Shown: positions 33,838-44,881 of the stretch, one piece after another
Layout of the letters: each line of letters begins with the position of its first letter
Numbering within the stretch: position 1 is the first letter of the stretch
From: an uncultured delta proteobacterium
GTDB lineage: Bacteria > Desulfobacterota > Binatia > UBA9968
NCBI GenBank assembly: GCA_963745835.1
Contig: CAVUZH010000003.1
Location: 832,001-896,000, forward strand
Length of the DNA stretch: 64,000 bases
Direction: 5' to 3'
Translations under genes and position numbers: made by a program
Notes under the pieces: generated by a model
What the model saw: only the letters and a program-made list of their open reading frames with translations
Told to the model about the DNA's origin: nothing
The model's database searches: none

Positions 33838-35625
33838 ATGATTGAAGCAATCTACGCCGGTCCGTGGATAGAATTTCTACACAAGGCAATGATGATGGAG
33901 GGCCAAAGCATCCTGCCACTGGACCATTACTTTCGGGGCGCCGAAAAGTTAATGTGGTCGGCCACCTTCGCGGCGGCGCTAGTGGTGGCTAGCTCAATTT
34001 TGATCGTAAAGAGTCCGCCGAACATTACCCGTTCCGTTTTGTGTTTCATTTTCGTTATGTTCGGTCTGTCCGTCTCCGCGATTGCCTTTCTCTACCCGCT
34101 GGAGATTGAGACCCGCGAGTCCACCGTCTGGCTCCATGTCTTAGCGCTGAGGCACGGCATCAATATTTACGACCATTCTCAAGTGGCATTTATCAACCAG
34201 AACCATGGTCCCTTTGACCCACTCTTTAAACTCTCAATTGCTACGCTGTTTCCTTTTCTCGAGTCATGGCAGGTTGCTCGGGTCTCCGTTCTGCTGCTTC
34301 CTTACGCTTTCTTGTTGGTCGCCTGGAAATCGCTGTCCAAGCAGTCGAGATCTCTTTTGGATCCTCTCTATTTGGGTTCAATTGGATACTTGTTTTTGAT
34401 TGTAACGGCGAAGGAGTTTATTTTCGTTGGACGGTCGGACGCAACCGCCGCACTGCTGCTTTTGCCTTTGATCTACTTTTCGTTTGCGTTGGCCCCGACA
34501 ACGCTTGGGAGCAACGCAGTGATAGGGGGCCTTTGGGGTGCGCTCGGAATTTCGGTGATACTGACCAACTGGCGGATGTTGCCTGTCGTATCTGCGCTAT
34601 TTCTGTTCACTTTGTGGATGCTGCGCTTCAAGCACGTTCTAAAATTGCGGAACATCGCTACCTACATTGCGGGCTGTGCTTGCTCAATGGCGGTCATCTT
34701 AGCGTTAGTGTTGTACTACTCGTTCGATTTCGATCTTCCGCTCTACTACAAACATTTCTTCGGGACTTATACTGCAGCATCTGGGCATGGACACCGAACT
34801 TACGCCCATGCTTCGCCTATCTGGTTTTTTGGCTCCCTGCTCAACCCTACGGCCAATCTGGATAATCTCAAAGGCGGACCCGTGCTTTGGGCCTTGGCCC
34901 TATATCTTTTGCTTCCTGGAAAACTTTCCGCCGAGAACCGAGCTTGGTTGTTGCTCGGTGTTGTCGTCTTCACGGCTTGCACGGCGGCATACTTCTTTAA
35001 CTACTATGGCGGCGGACAATGGTACTATATCCCATTTGTGATTATTCTATGGTTTTTCCTCTGCGCCAACTACCGGTCCATGTCCACACTCAGGCAGGCC
35101 GGCGTCGGAGTGCTAGCGGCCGTCTTACTCTGCGTGAATGCCGGCACCGTTGTAAAGCCTTCGATGCAGCGGGTCGCTTCCTTCACTGGAGCGGCGAACT
35201 TCATGGGCGAAGTTAGGTCATTACAAGCCAGACACAGTATTGTCAGTGAAGACATGTTTTTCTTCAGGACGTCTTACCAGGGCGAGCTTATTGATATGGG
35301 CGACATGATCTCGCGCATCAGAAGCAGGAGCAACTACTATGGTGACGAATTCAATCAGACGGTGGATCGCCACTTCGAGCAAATAAAAAAAGATCCGCCA
35401 GACTACATCGTGACCGGTTTCACCGCCAGTCCGGAATTGCGCAGATTCGCCGAACAAAACTATTTGTGGGTAGCCAGCGGCCCAGCCAATTTCACAGCTA
35501 ATGGCTTCGGAGAATCACAGTTGCTCAGGCGTAAGGATTTGCTCGACGCGCAGCAGCCGCCAAGTCAGCACCGCCGTCACGCGGTTTCCTTGCTGGAAAG
35601 TCTTTCCACAACTCCGCATCGCTAA
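33838..35625 (+). CDS. Polytopic membrane protein, probably GT-C-like (true start may lie slightly upstream)
   Basis: 595-aa ORF; YPLEIETRES..W, HGP..P, GRSD, many TM segments, soluble tail (PDYIV). Confidence 0.7.
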   Translation: MIEAIYAGPWIEFLHKAMMMEGQSILPLDHYFRGAEKLMWSATFAAALVVASSILIVKSPPNITRSVLCFIFVMFGLSVSAIAFLYPLEIETRESTVWLHVLALRHGINIYDHSQVAFINQNHGPFDPLFKLSIATLFPFLESWQVARVSVLLLPYAFLLVAWKSLSKQSRSLLDPLYLGSIGYLFLIVTAKEFIFVGRSDATAALLLLPLIYFSFALAPTTLGSNAVIGGLWGALGISVILTNWRMLPVVSALFLFTLWMLRFKHVLKLRNIATYIAGCACSMAVILALVLYYSFDFDLPLYYKHFFGTYTAASGHGHRTYAHASPIWFFGSLLNPTANLDNLKGGPVLWALALYLLLPGKLSAENRAWLLLGVVVFTACTAAYFFNYYGGGQWYYIPFVIILWFFLCANYRSMSTLRQAGVGVLAAVLLCVNAGTVVKPSMQRVASFTGAANFMGEVRSLQARHSIVSEDMFFFRTSYQGELIDMGDMISRIRSRSNYYGDEFNQTVDRHFEQIKKDPPDYIVTGFTASPELRRFAEQNYLWVASGPANFTANGFGESQLLRRKDLLDAQQPPSQHRRHAVSLLESLSTTPHR

Positions 35626-35642
35626 CCAAAGCAGGAGGCGCA

Positions 35643-36788
35643 GTGGGTCTCGAAAACAGTCATTGGGAACTTTTACTCTACAAGTTGCGCCAGATCGGGC
35701 TGCGCGACAGCATACGCGTGGCTTTCCTTGACTTGTCAGAGGATCTTTTGTGCCGGCTCGCCAAGCGGGTTCCCTCTTTAACCGTATCGCCGCGTTCCAT
35801 TCAGATCGAGTGCACGACCCGCTGCAATCTCAAATGCACGATGTGCGAAATTTCCTATTGGACCGAACCGGGCGGCGATTTAGAAATCGAAAAACTCCGC
35901 ACCATGCTGGACCACCTGCCGCGGCTGAGGCGGGTGGATCTCACCGGGATTGGAGAGGCGTTGATGAACCGCGGTTTTTTCAAGGCGCTCAAACTCCTCA
36001 AATCGCGCGGGTTGTACGTCACGCTAAACGATAACTTTACTATGATGACCGAGGAGGCGGCGCGACGCATCGTCGAGTTGGGAGTAGATCAAATCTTTCT
36101 TTCGCTCGATGGTGCAACGAAACAGACCTACGAAAAGATCCGTGTCGGCGCCAATTTCGAAAAAGTGATTGGCAATGCTAGGCGTCTCGTCGAAATGAAA
36201 AGGCAAATGGGGAAAAAACGGCCGGAAGTTAAAGTTAATGCGGTCGTGTCCGCGGACAATTACCGGGAGCTTCCCGCAAATTGTCGATCTCACCCATGAA
36301 CTTGGCATTGGGATGGTGCAGTTTGTCAACGTGATGGTATTCGAAAATACGGCTGCTCTTGATACGTCAGGCCTGCAAGGCGAAGTCCAAGCGAAATTTC
36401 AGGAAGCGCTGACGCGAGCACGCCGCTGTGGTGTTCTTGTCAAGATTGAGCTGTTTGACAAACGTCCGGTCAAGTCGTGCGATTTTCCGTGGAAGCGGAA
36501 TTTCGTGAGCTACGACGGCTACGTTCATCCTTGCTGCTACACGACTCAGACAGGGGATCGTGCGTCGCAGAATCAACGCAGTTTCGGTAATCTGATCAAC
36601 AGCTCGATTTCAAGAAATCTGGAAAAGTAAGACATTATTCGTCATTTCGCAACAAGATGCAAGCGGGAATTTTGCCCGAGGCCTGCGAGCATTGCCCGAA
36701 ATACTTCGGCAAACCGGACCGGTCGCCCGTCACTGGCGACGCACCGGTCCCGGTTGAAAGCCTGAACGCCAAGTCGCCTGCCGCGTAA
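35643..36788 (+). CDS. Radical SAM protein with SPASM/Twitch domain, frameshifted
   Basis: CNLKCTMC, GIGEALM, SLDGAT..TYEKIR; CDFPW...YDGYVHPCC; terminal frame ACEHCPKY...PAA*. Confidence 0.88.
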
Positions 36789-36851
36789 TTCCAAGATCGT
36801 GATGAAGACAGCGGATATGGACAGCGAATCGGTTCCAACCGAGTCCGCGGC

Positions 36852-37766
36852 ATGCGCAGCCGAGCGATAAAACAATTTCCTAAAGTCGGCGTCGTAATCT
36901 TAAATTACAACGGCAGGTCCCTCGCCGAACAATGTGTCCGCAGCGTGTTGCAATGTGGCTATCGCAACACGGACATAATTCTTGTTGATAACGCTTCGAC
37001 GGATGGTTCGCTCGATCACCTCAGCGCAATGTTTCCCCTGATGCACGGCGTCGCCAATTCTGAGAATCTCGGCATCGCGGGCGGCCGCAACCGCGGTTTT
37101 GTCGAGGCGATCCATCGGGGCGCGGAGTACGTTCTGTCGCTCGACAATGATACGCGTATTGACCCGGGGCTGATCGATGCTTTGCTTGCGGTAGCAGAAT
37201 CGGACCCGCGCATCGGCATTGTCGGCCCAAAGACCTACATGGACGACGGTGCAGCAAGAATGCAGTGCGCAGGCGGCCGGATTACTTACACGCAGAATGT
37301 CTGCTCGGAGCGTGGCAGAGGGAAAACCGACCATGGTCAATACGACCGGATAGAAGATGTCGATTATTTTCCCGGCTTCGGCTTCATGGCTCGACGCGAG
37401 GTTTTTGAAAAGCTGAATTTTCTCGACGAGCGTTTCTATGGATACGGCCACGAGGATACTGATTTTTGTGTGCGCGCCGGCTCGGCTCGGTTATCGCATA
37501 GTGTATGTGCCTGCAGGCGGTCATGTGGCATCGCGGCTCGGCGACAATCGGCAGCTACAGTCCGCGTAAGAAATATCTCGAGGCGGTGAATTCGGTTTAT
37601 TTCGTCCGCAAATACGGAAGTATTCAGCAGTGTCTAAAGTACGGATTCTTTGCCGGTCTTGGGGCTGATTTATGCGTTTATCGTGCAATCGTCCCGCGGT
37701 AATCATTCGGCAGTTCTCGCCAAGGCGAGAGGAATATGGGATGGGTTACGCAAGCCAGCGGCATGA
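36852..37766 (+). CDS. GT2 glycosyltransferase, frameshifted
   Basis: VVILNYNG, VDNASTDGS, NLGIAGGRN.G, LDND, LDERFY.YGHEDTDFC.R. Confidence 0.88.
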
Positions 37767-37789
37767 ATTCAATAGATTAGCTCACGCAC

Positions 37790-39810
37790 ATGGACTCTGA
37801 ACTCGCTGGACCAAAACAGGCAATGCAGGCTGAGGAAAATAGCCGCGTGCAGATTGTCTCAAGGCGATTGGTGTATTCCCGTGTGGCGATCGAGCTGTTC
37901 TGGTGGCATTTCGCGTTATTGGTGCCGACCATCGGATTTAAGTACCTGTACGTCCGCCGAATGGCCTTCACCGCCGGACTCGACAGTATAGTCGGATCCG
38001 GGGACTCAGCCGTACATCGGTACATCAATTTACTCCTGCTCGTAACCGTCGACATCCTGGAAGTTTCGGTGATCGTTGGCGCGCTATTCCTAGTCGGGCG
38101 GCTGCTACGATTGCCCGCCAAAGCTCTGATCTTTGTCAGTGTTTTTCTGTGTCTGGTGATTATGGGAGCAAACCAGTATTCTCTTTTGCTCGTCGCCAGT
38201 CTCTTTACAATCGATACGTTGGCAATCAGCGTAAGCTGGGCAAAGGAGCACCCTTACATCCTGTGGCAATCTGTGGGTCTACCCGAGATTGGCTTCCTGG
38301 TGCTGGCCGCGTTGTGGTCGTTGTTTTTCGCTGTTCTGCCGTTCTCTCGAATCGGGCCTCATGGATTTCTGTCTAATTTCGCCGTGCGTCGGTCTTCGTT
38401 TCTTTTGAAAATAGTTCTAATTGCCTCCGGGTTCGGGCTACTAACTTTGTCGCGGATGGACTCACAGTACCCGGCGGTGCTCCGCGGCTATTGGAGTTCC
38501 ACACTGGTGTCTTTCCTCAAGCTTGATGCACCCGAGCTGCCGAACTAGCAGTACCACCGGTCAAAGCGCTCCGCGCTGATTATGAGCGTTTGGCGTATCC
38601 ACAGGGCAAGGAACCGGCGCCACATTGGTTAACAGCAGTGTCAAGCGACAAGCTTAATCCAAGGCATATCGTAATCGTGGTGTTAGAAACCGCGCCGCGA
38701 AGATACTACCCAGTTGATCAATAATCCGAAGTTGCCGGTGTTTAATCGGATGAGCCAACATGCCATCGTCAGCGACCATCACTATGCGATGAGCCCGTAT
38801 ACGTGGTGGAATAATGCCAGCATCGTGAGCGGAAGTTATTTCGTACAGAAGGGCAAAGGTATTTTCGATTACGGGGACTTCCGGTCCGACTCCATCTCTT
38901 CGATCCTGGGCAAGCACGGGTATATTGCGACATTTGTCGAATCATCCAAGCACGGTTGGGGAAAAACTACCGGGTTCTGGAAAAACTTTGGCTTCACGAA
39001 TCTATTTGATACGGAAAATGATCCGAAGCCGTTTGACCGCAGCTCCTATTCCGTGACGGTCGATAAGGAGAGGCAATCGTTTGTGCGCGCAGTTCAAGCC
39101 ATTAACGATGCTGAAAGTCGACAGAAAAAGGCTTTTGTGATGGTCGGCACGACCATCGGGCATTATCCATGGGCCGGCAAAACCCGGAGCTGAGGGGCGG
39201 AGCAGTGAGGAGAAGTTGTTTGATATCGCCGCGATGTTCGACGAGCTAATGGGCGAATTTCTGCAGTCCTTAAAAGATCATGGTTTGGACGATCAGGTGC
39301 TGATCGTTGTTACCGGAGATCATGGATTTCGAATGCGCACGGAATTTGAGTCCGTAGGTTTGCAAGCGGAACACGGCGATGTCGCTTTCAACGTGCCGTT
39401 TCTTTTATACGGACCGGGGCTTTTCGAAAAGCAGATCCGGCTGCCGTACGTGACATCGCATGTCGATATTGCGCCGACATTGCTGGCACTGAGCGGTATC
39501 CAAGATGATTCATGGTTGCACCACGGGACCCACATGCTGGATCAGAGACTCAGCGAACGGGTCGACGTTCATGATGAACACAAATCTGTCACCAGTCAGC
39601 GGATTCCGTTGGAACGGCTGTCATTACACCCTCAACGATTTGACAGGGAAGGTGCAGGTGCGTGATGTCTCCTCGATTGAGTCTAGAGAAACCTCCCAAT
39701 GCGAGGGAACGTCGGCCATCTTATCGGACGATGCCGTAAGATCGATGTTGGAGGCAGCGAACCGGCAGTTCCAACTCACTTTGGCCAATTTTCATCAGCG
39801 AGGGCAGTAA
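37790..39810 (+). CDS. LtaS/OpgB-like (alkaline phosphatase superfamily) membrane phosphotransferase, frameshifted
   Basis: N-terminal TM bundle; HIVIVVLET, SPYT, GHYP, VTGDHG, NVPFLLY.P, SHVDIAPTLL. Confidence 0.8.
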
Positions 39811-39857
39811 TGCCAGGATGGTCCGAGCCCTCTTAAACCTCGCGACCCACAGACGTT

Positions 39858-41463
39858 ATGCGATCAACAGCAAAGATAGATTCTCCATCTCACTGCTACT
39901 ATGGTATCGAAGGGACTGATCCTGCATCGTCAATGCTCGCGGAACGACAGGGCATAAACCAAGGTTGGGATTGGCGGCAGCACTTGCGAACTTTAGTTCC
40001 AATTGTCGGCATATTTGTGGTTTTAGCTTGTTACGGCATCGACCGGCAAAGCCTGTGGGAGGATGAATACAACAGCCTCTGGCGTGTCACTACCTCTAAA
40101 TATCCCGTTTGGAAGGATGGTCACGGGTTTCTTTATTTTGCCTTGCTTAATTTATGGATCCAATTTGGAACGTCCGAATTGGTATTGCGTTCTCTATCGG
40201 TTTTAATCGGAGCATTGGCAGTTTGTCTCACCTACGTAGTGGGAATGGAGTTGCTTGGATCGGCGGGTTGCGGTAGTGGGGACGTGGCTCATTGCGACCT
40301 CCCCATTCCTCATCTGGTATAGCCAGGAGGCCCGCTACATCACTTTGGTGCTGGCCGCAACTTTACTTAGCATGTATGCATTTCACCGGGTGATTTCCCG
40401 CCCAACTTTTGCCTGGTGGTTCGCTTATGGTGCGGCAACTCTGCTTGCTTTCTTTTCTTTTCTGTCAATGGTTTTATTGGCAGTGGTTCAAGGACTGTAC
40501 TTATTGGGAAGTCCTCGCCGGTTCCTTCTGAGAAGATGGTTAGTTTGCCAGGTCTTGGTATTCGCTCTATTTGGTTGGTGGTTTGTCAAGGGAACTCATT
40601 TTTTGCCTGCACTGATGGAAGCCAGAGGAAGAGGTCAGCAGGTTATAGCAAATCCAGATGTGTTTCCTTTCACAGGTGAGTTTAATGAGGTCCGGTTGGC
40701 GGTGCTTCCATACACATTTTTTTCCTTCAGCGGTGGTTTTTCACTGGGTCCATCGGCAAGAGAACTTTACTCAGATCGGACTCTCGCCCCATTGGCGCCT
40801 TACGCTCCCATGCTTGTTACGCTTGGACTTCTCTATGGCGGGTTACTTCTGTCCGGGCTAATTGCTACCCACAGGCAAGGAGACTCGTGGATACTTCTCG
40901 GGTTATGGATGAGTATTCCCATCTTAGGAGTGTTCGGCATCGCGACCTTGCTTAATATTTATTATGACGTGCGATACGTCGCTACAGCATTCCCAGCCTA
41001 TATTCTTCTTCTTGCTGCAGGAATTATAGGGCTGAAAAAACGCGCCGTGCAGATGTTATTGTTGGGAGCAGTCCTAACGGTTCACGGTGTAGCCTTGGCT
41101 AATTATTACTTTGAACCGCGATACGCCCGTGAGGATACCCGCGCGGCAGCAGACTATTTAGAAACCGCGGCCGGACCGCGGGACGTATTCTTGATTGTCG
41201 GGACCGAAAGTTCGTTGCCACATTACTACAAGGGAAATTTGCCGCTGGTCGATTTCAGAACTCTTCAGCCTGCGGAACAACCGCTGAAAGAAAAATTACG
41301 CAAGCTCAGCACGAATCATGATCGCATATGGTTGGTGCAGATCAGGCCATGGCAGGTGGACCGTTCGGGAACCATAAAAGCGGAGCTGGATAGCACCTAT
41401 CAGATCGTCGAGCAGCAGCATTTTTCTGGCATAGACATCTATTCTTATCGAATCTCCGAATAA
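39858..41463 (+). CDS. GT39/PMT-like (GT-C) glycosyltransferase, frameshift near 40255
   Basis: QSLWEDE, LYFALL..W..FGTSE..LRSLS, SPFLIWYSQEARY, RY, EDTRAAADYL, RIWLV. Confidence 0.88.
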
Positions 41464-41594
41464 TCGTCAGTTCCATAGCAATGTCGCCTACTCAGTTGTC
41501 GAATAAAATTATGCTCGTCGCCTGCCACGGCTACATACAGTAGTCACCAACGCGTATTTATCTATTCATTCGGCTCGCCATAGACGGGAGGATT

Positions 41595-42809
41595 ATGAGT
41601 GCCTCACCTACTGTCTCTCTGAAGCAAAAGCAGTCCCTGCCGTTTGACGATATCCCGATAGAAGTATCCGTTGTGATACCCTGCTTGAACGAGGCTGATA
41701 CCTTGGAGACTTGCATCGTCAAGGCTCGGCGGGCGCTGTGCAAGAATAACATTCGGGGGGAAATCATCGTTGCCGACAACGGCAGCACGGACGGATCGCC
41801 CGCAATCGCCAGCCGAATGGGAGCTAGAGTCGTCCACGTCAAGCGCGCAGGTTACGGTAGCGCTCTCATGGGTGGGATGGCGGCGGCTCGCGGGGGTCTC
41901 ATCATTATGGGCGATGCCGACGATAGCTATGATTTTCTCGAAATCCCGCGTTTCGTGGAAAAGCTGCGAAGTGGTTTCGACTTAGTACTAGGGTGTCGTC
42001 TCCCGTCAGGCGGAGGAGCAGTGCAGCCGGGCGCCATGCCGTTTCTACATCGTTGGCTGGGCAATCCTGTTTTATCAGGCATGACCCGGAAGATGTTCCA
42101 CGCGCCTATCCACGATGTCTATTGTGGGATGCGGGGCTTCACCAAGGCGCTATACAACAGTCTCGACCAACGGTGTACCGGAATGGAGTTTGCCCCGGAG
42201 ATGATTATAAAAGCTAGCCTCTTCGGCGCCAGGATTGCCGAAGTCCCAATTACTCTGTATCCGGACGGACGCAAATCCCACGCGCCGCATTTAAGAACTT
42301 TCCGCGACGGCTGGCGGACATTGCGCTTCTTCTTATTGTATAGCCCGCGCTGGCTGTTCCTGGTACCCGGATTGTTGCTGATATCTCTTGGTTTGATCGG
42401 ATATGCCGTGGCGATGCCGGGGATGACGTTCAACGGTGTAACTTTCGATGCGCACACCTTGCTGTTTGCCAGCCTCGCGATTCTTTGCGGTTACCAATCA
42501 AGCCTGTTCGCGATCTTTAGTAAAACCTTTGCGGTCAGCGAGGGCCTGATTCCCGAGGACCGTCGGTTGACCCGGTTTTTTGAAGTCATCAATCTTGAGA
42601 GAGGTCTCATCATATCCGGGGTAACATTGGTTTTCGGTATTGCTCTACTGGCCGCAGCAGTGAACCAATGGCGACTGACTGGCTTTGGGAACTTGGATTA
42701 CGCTGAGACAATGCGCCTAGTGGTTCCCGGCGTAACGCTCACGGCTTTAGGATTTCAGACAACGCTATCAAGCTTCTTCGTCAGTATTTTGGGATTGCGC
42801 CGGCGATGA
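41595..42809 (+). CDS. GT2 polyprenol-phosphate glycosyltransferase (DPM-synthase-like) with C-terminal TM helices
   Basis: VSVVIPCLNEA, ADNGSTDGS, GYGSAL, MGDADDSYD, GMEFA.EM, HLRTFRDGWR. Confidence 0.9.
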   Translation: MSASPTVSLKQKQSLPFDDIPIEVSVVIPCLNEADTLETCIVKARRALCKNNIRGEIIVADNGSTDGSPAIASRMGARVVHVKRAGYGSALMGGMAAARGGLIIMGDADDSYDFLEIPRFVEKLRSGFDLVLGCRLPSGGGAVQPGAMPFLHRWLGNPVLSGMTRKMFHAPIHDVYCGMRGFTKALYNSLDQRCTGMEFAPEMIIKASLFGARIAEVPITLYPDGRKSHAPHLRTFRDGWRTLRFFLLYSPRWLFLVPGLLLISLGLIGYAVAMPGMTFNGVTFDAHTLLFASLAILCGYQSSLFAIFSKTFAVSEGLIPEDRRLTRFFEVINLERGLIISGVTLVFGIALLAAAVNQWRLTGFGNLDYAETMRLVVPGVTLTALGFQTTLSSFFVSILGLRRR

Positions 42810-42890
42810 CTCGATTTGTTTTTTTAGACCGCGCGGTTGTCAGCCTCTTAGACGCAGTGAATAACGGCCAGCACCAAGCAATGCTTCTTC

Positions 42891-44633
42891 GTGCTTGGGC
42901 TTGCACCACTCGCGACATACCTAATCTTTTCTCAATCTTATAAATTCCAGCCCAAGAAGCGCTTAAAGGCCTTAGCCATCGACGCCGTACTAACAACCCT
43001 CTATCGCACCCAGCGACTCACGTCCCCGTGGCTGCGCGCGGCCGAACATATCCTCGGGAGTATCGGCCGGCGCAGAGCGTTAGCAATCACACTGGTGGGC
43101 CTGCTGTCGTTTGCAGCGAGTGCCTCATTGTCGGTCTTCGGACATGTTACGAAACCACGAGTCCACGACGAATTTAGTTACCTGCTGGCAGCGGACACAT
43201 TTGCCAACGGGCGCATCACCAATCCCACACACCCGCTATGGATTCACTTTGAAAGTTTTCACATCATCCAGCAACCGAGCTATGCATCCAAGTACCCACC
43301 GGCTCAAGGGTTGATTCTAGCGGCAGGCCAGGTAATTGGTGGACATCCGATGGTGGGTGTCTGGATCAGCACGGCGTTGGCGTCTGCCGCGCTGTGCTGG
43401 ATGCTTTTGGCATGGATGCCGCCGTGGTGGGCGATTTTAGGGTCGCTGCTTTTGGCGCTCCACCCAGGGATCCTACTTAAATGGGGCCAGTCCTACTGGG
43501 GCGGAGCCATGGCGATAATGGGTGGGGCATTGGTGTTTGGCGCGGTCCGGCGGATCATGCGCCGGCCGCAAGTTCGGGATGCTTTGTTGCTGGGCTTGGG
43601 ACTGGCTGTTCTCGCCAACAGCCGCCCGTTCGAGGGCTTGGTGACGAGTTTGCCGGTGGCGGTGCTGCTCATTGCCTGGATGGTTGGCCAGCAAGGGCCC
43701 TCAATCCAGTTATCAATGAAGCGAATTGTCCTGCCGCTTGTCCTTGTGCTCCTGCTGGCCGGCGTGGCGATGGGGTACTACAACTTGCGCGTTACCGGCG
43801 ACCCATTACGGATGCCGTACCAAGTCCACGAAGCGACGTATGCTATGGCGCCCGTTCTCCTTTGGCAGCGTCCAGGGCCGGAGCCGAGTTATCGGCACGA
43901 GATTATACGAAATCATCACCTCCGGGCACTAATGCATTACCAGCAACAACAGACGCTTAGTGGTGTGGTGAAGACGAGCCTCCAAAAACTCAAGGAACTT
44001 TGGGTTTTTTACGGAGGTTCGCTGTATTTTCGTCTCATATTGATGCTCACCGTGCTTACGGTGCCGTGGCTGCTGCGGGATCGATGGACGCGTTTCGCCC
44101 TGATCACCTGCGGGATGCTGATGGTAGGCGCTGCCATGCAAACATGGCTGATGCCGCACTATGTGGCGCCGGTTATCGGGCTGGCATTTGTGCTTCTCGT
44201 GCAGGCGATGCGGCGCCTGCGCTTGTGGCAGTGGGGTAGCATTCAGGCGGGGCGGATCGTGGTGTGGGCGCTTTGCCTGCTTTCGCTTACATCCTTCGCG
44301 ACCGGATTCGCCCAACAGATGCAAAGGACTTCGTCCGGTTGGGGCTCAGAACGGGCGCGCATACTCGCGGAGCTTGAGCAAGACGGAAAACGTCACTTAG
44401 TGATAGTCCGATATGGGTCCTTGGATGTTCCGTATGAAAGAGGCTATCGAGAGTGGGTATACAACGAAGCGGATATTGATCGCGCGAAGGTCGTCTGGGC
44501 CCGAGAGATGGATATAGCCCAGAATCGCAAATTATTGGAGTATTTCAACGACCGTCGCGTGTGGCTGGTAGAGGTGGATCAATATGATTCGCCTCCAAAG
44601 CTGCTGCCATATCCTTCAATAGCAGACTCATGA
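42891..44633 (+). CDS. Polytopic GT-C-like membrane protein
   Basis: PRVHDEFSYLLAADTFANGR, SKYPP, SYWGG, NSRPFEG, HLVIVRY, EWVYNEADID. Confidence 0.75.
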   Translation: MLGLAPLATYLIFSQSYKFQPKKRLKALAIDAVLTTLYRTQRLTSPWLRAAEHILGSIGRRRALAITLVGLLSFAASASLSVFGHVTKPRVHDEFSYLLAADTFANGRITNPTHPLWIHFESFHIIQQPSYASKYPPAQGLILAAGQVIGGHPMVGVWISTALASAALCWMLLAWMPPWWAILGSLLLALHPGILLKWGQSYWGGAMAIMGGALVFGAVRRIMRRPQVRDALLLGLGLAVLANSRPFEGLVTSLPVAVLLIAWMVGQQGPSIQLSMKRIVLPLVLVLLLAGVAMGYYNLRVTGDPLRMPYQVHEATYAMAPVLLWQRPGPEPSYRHEIIRNHHLRALMHYQQQQTLSGVVKTSLQKLKELWVFYGGSLYFRLILMLTVLTVPWLLRDRWTRFALITCGMLMVGAAMQTWLMPHYVAPVIGLAFVLLVQAMRRLRLWQWGSIQAGRIVVWALCLLSLTSFATGFAQQMQRTSSGWGSERARILAELEQDGKRHLVIVRYGSLDVPYERGYREWVYNEADIDRAKVVWAREMDIAQNRKLLEYFNDRRVWLVEVDQYDSPPKLLPYPSIADS

Positions 44634-44881
44634 GTTTCGTCTAACATTTGCTACTACGGCCATTCCTGTGGCTTATTCGTTGTTATATCAAAGTTTGACG
44701 AGTTCGTGTTCGTGCGCAGCAATTTCGTTTTGATCTCCACTAATTACACCTGACGTTGTCCTGAGATAGCGTTTATCCGAGTTGAGCATGAAAAGTAGAC
44801 TCGGATAACGCGTACGGACCGAATACGTAAAACGCGTGCCGTGAACTTCCCCGGTGCAGGCTTCCGGCACTGAAATATTAA

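Noticed and set aside
35643-39810. Radical SAM as anaerobic sulfatase maturase for the neighbouring sulfatase-fold protein
   Set aside because: The sulfatase-fold protein lacks the C/S-x-P-x-R formylglycine motif and looks LtaS-like.
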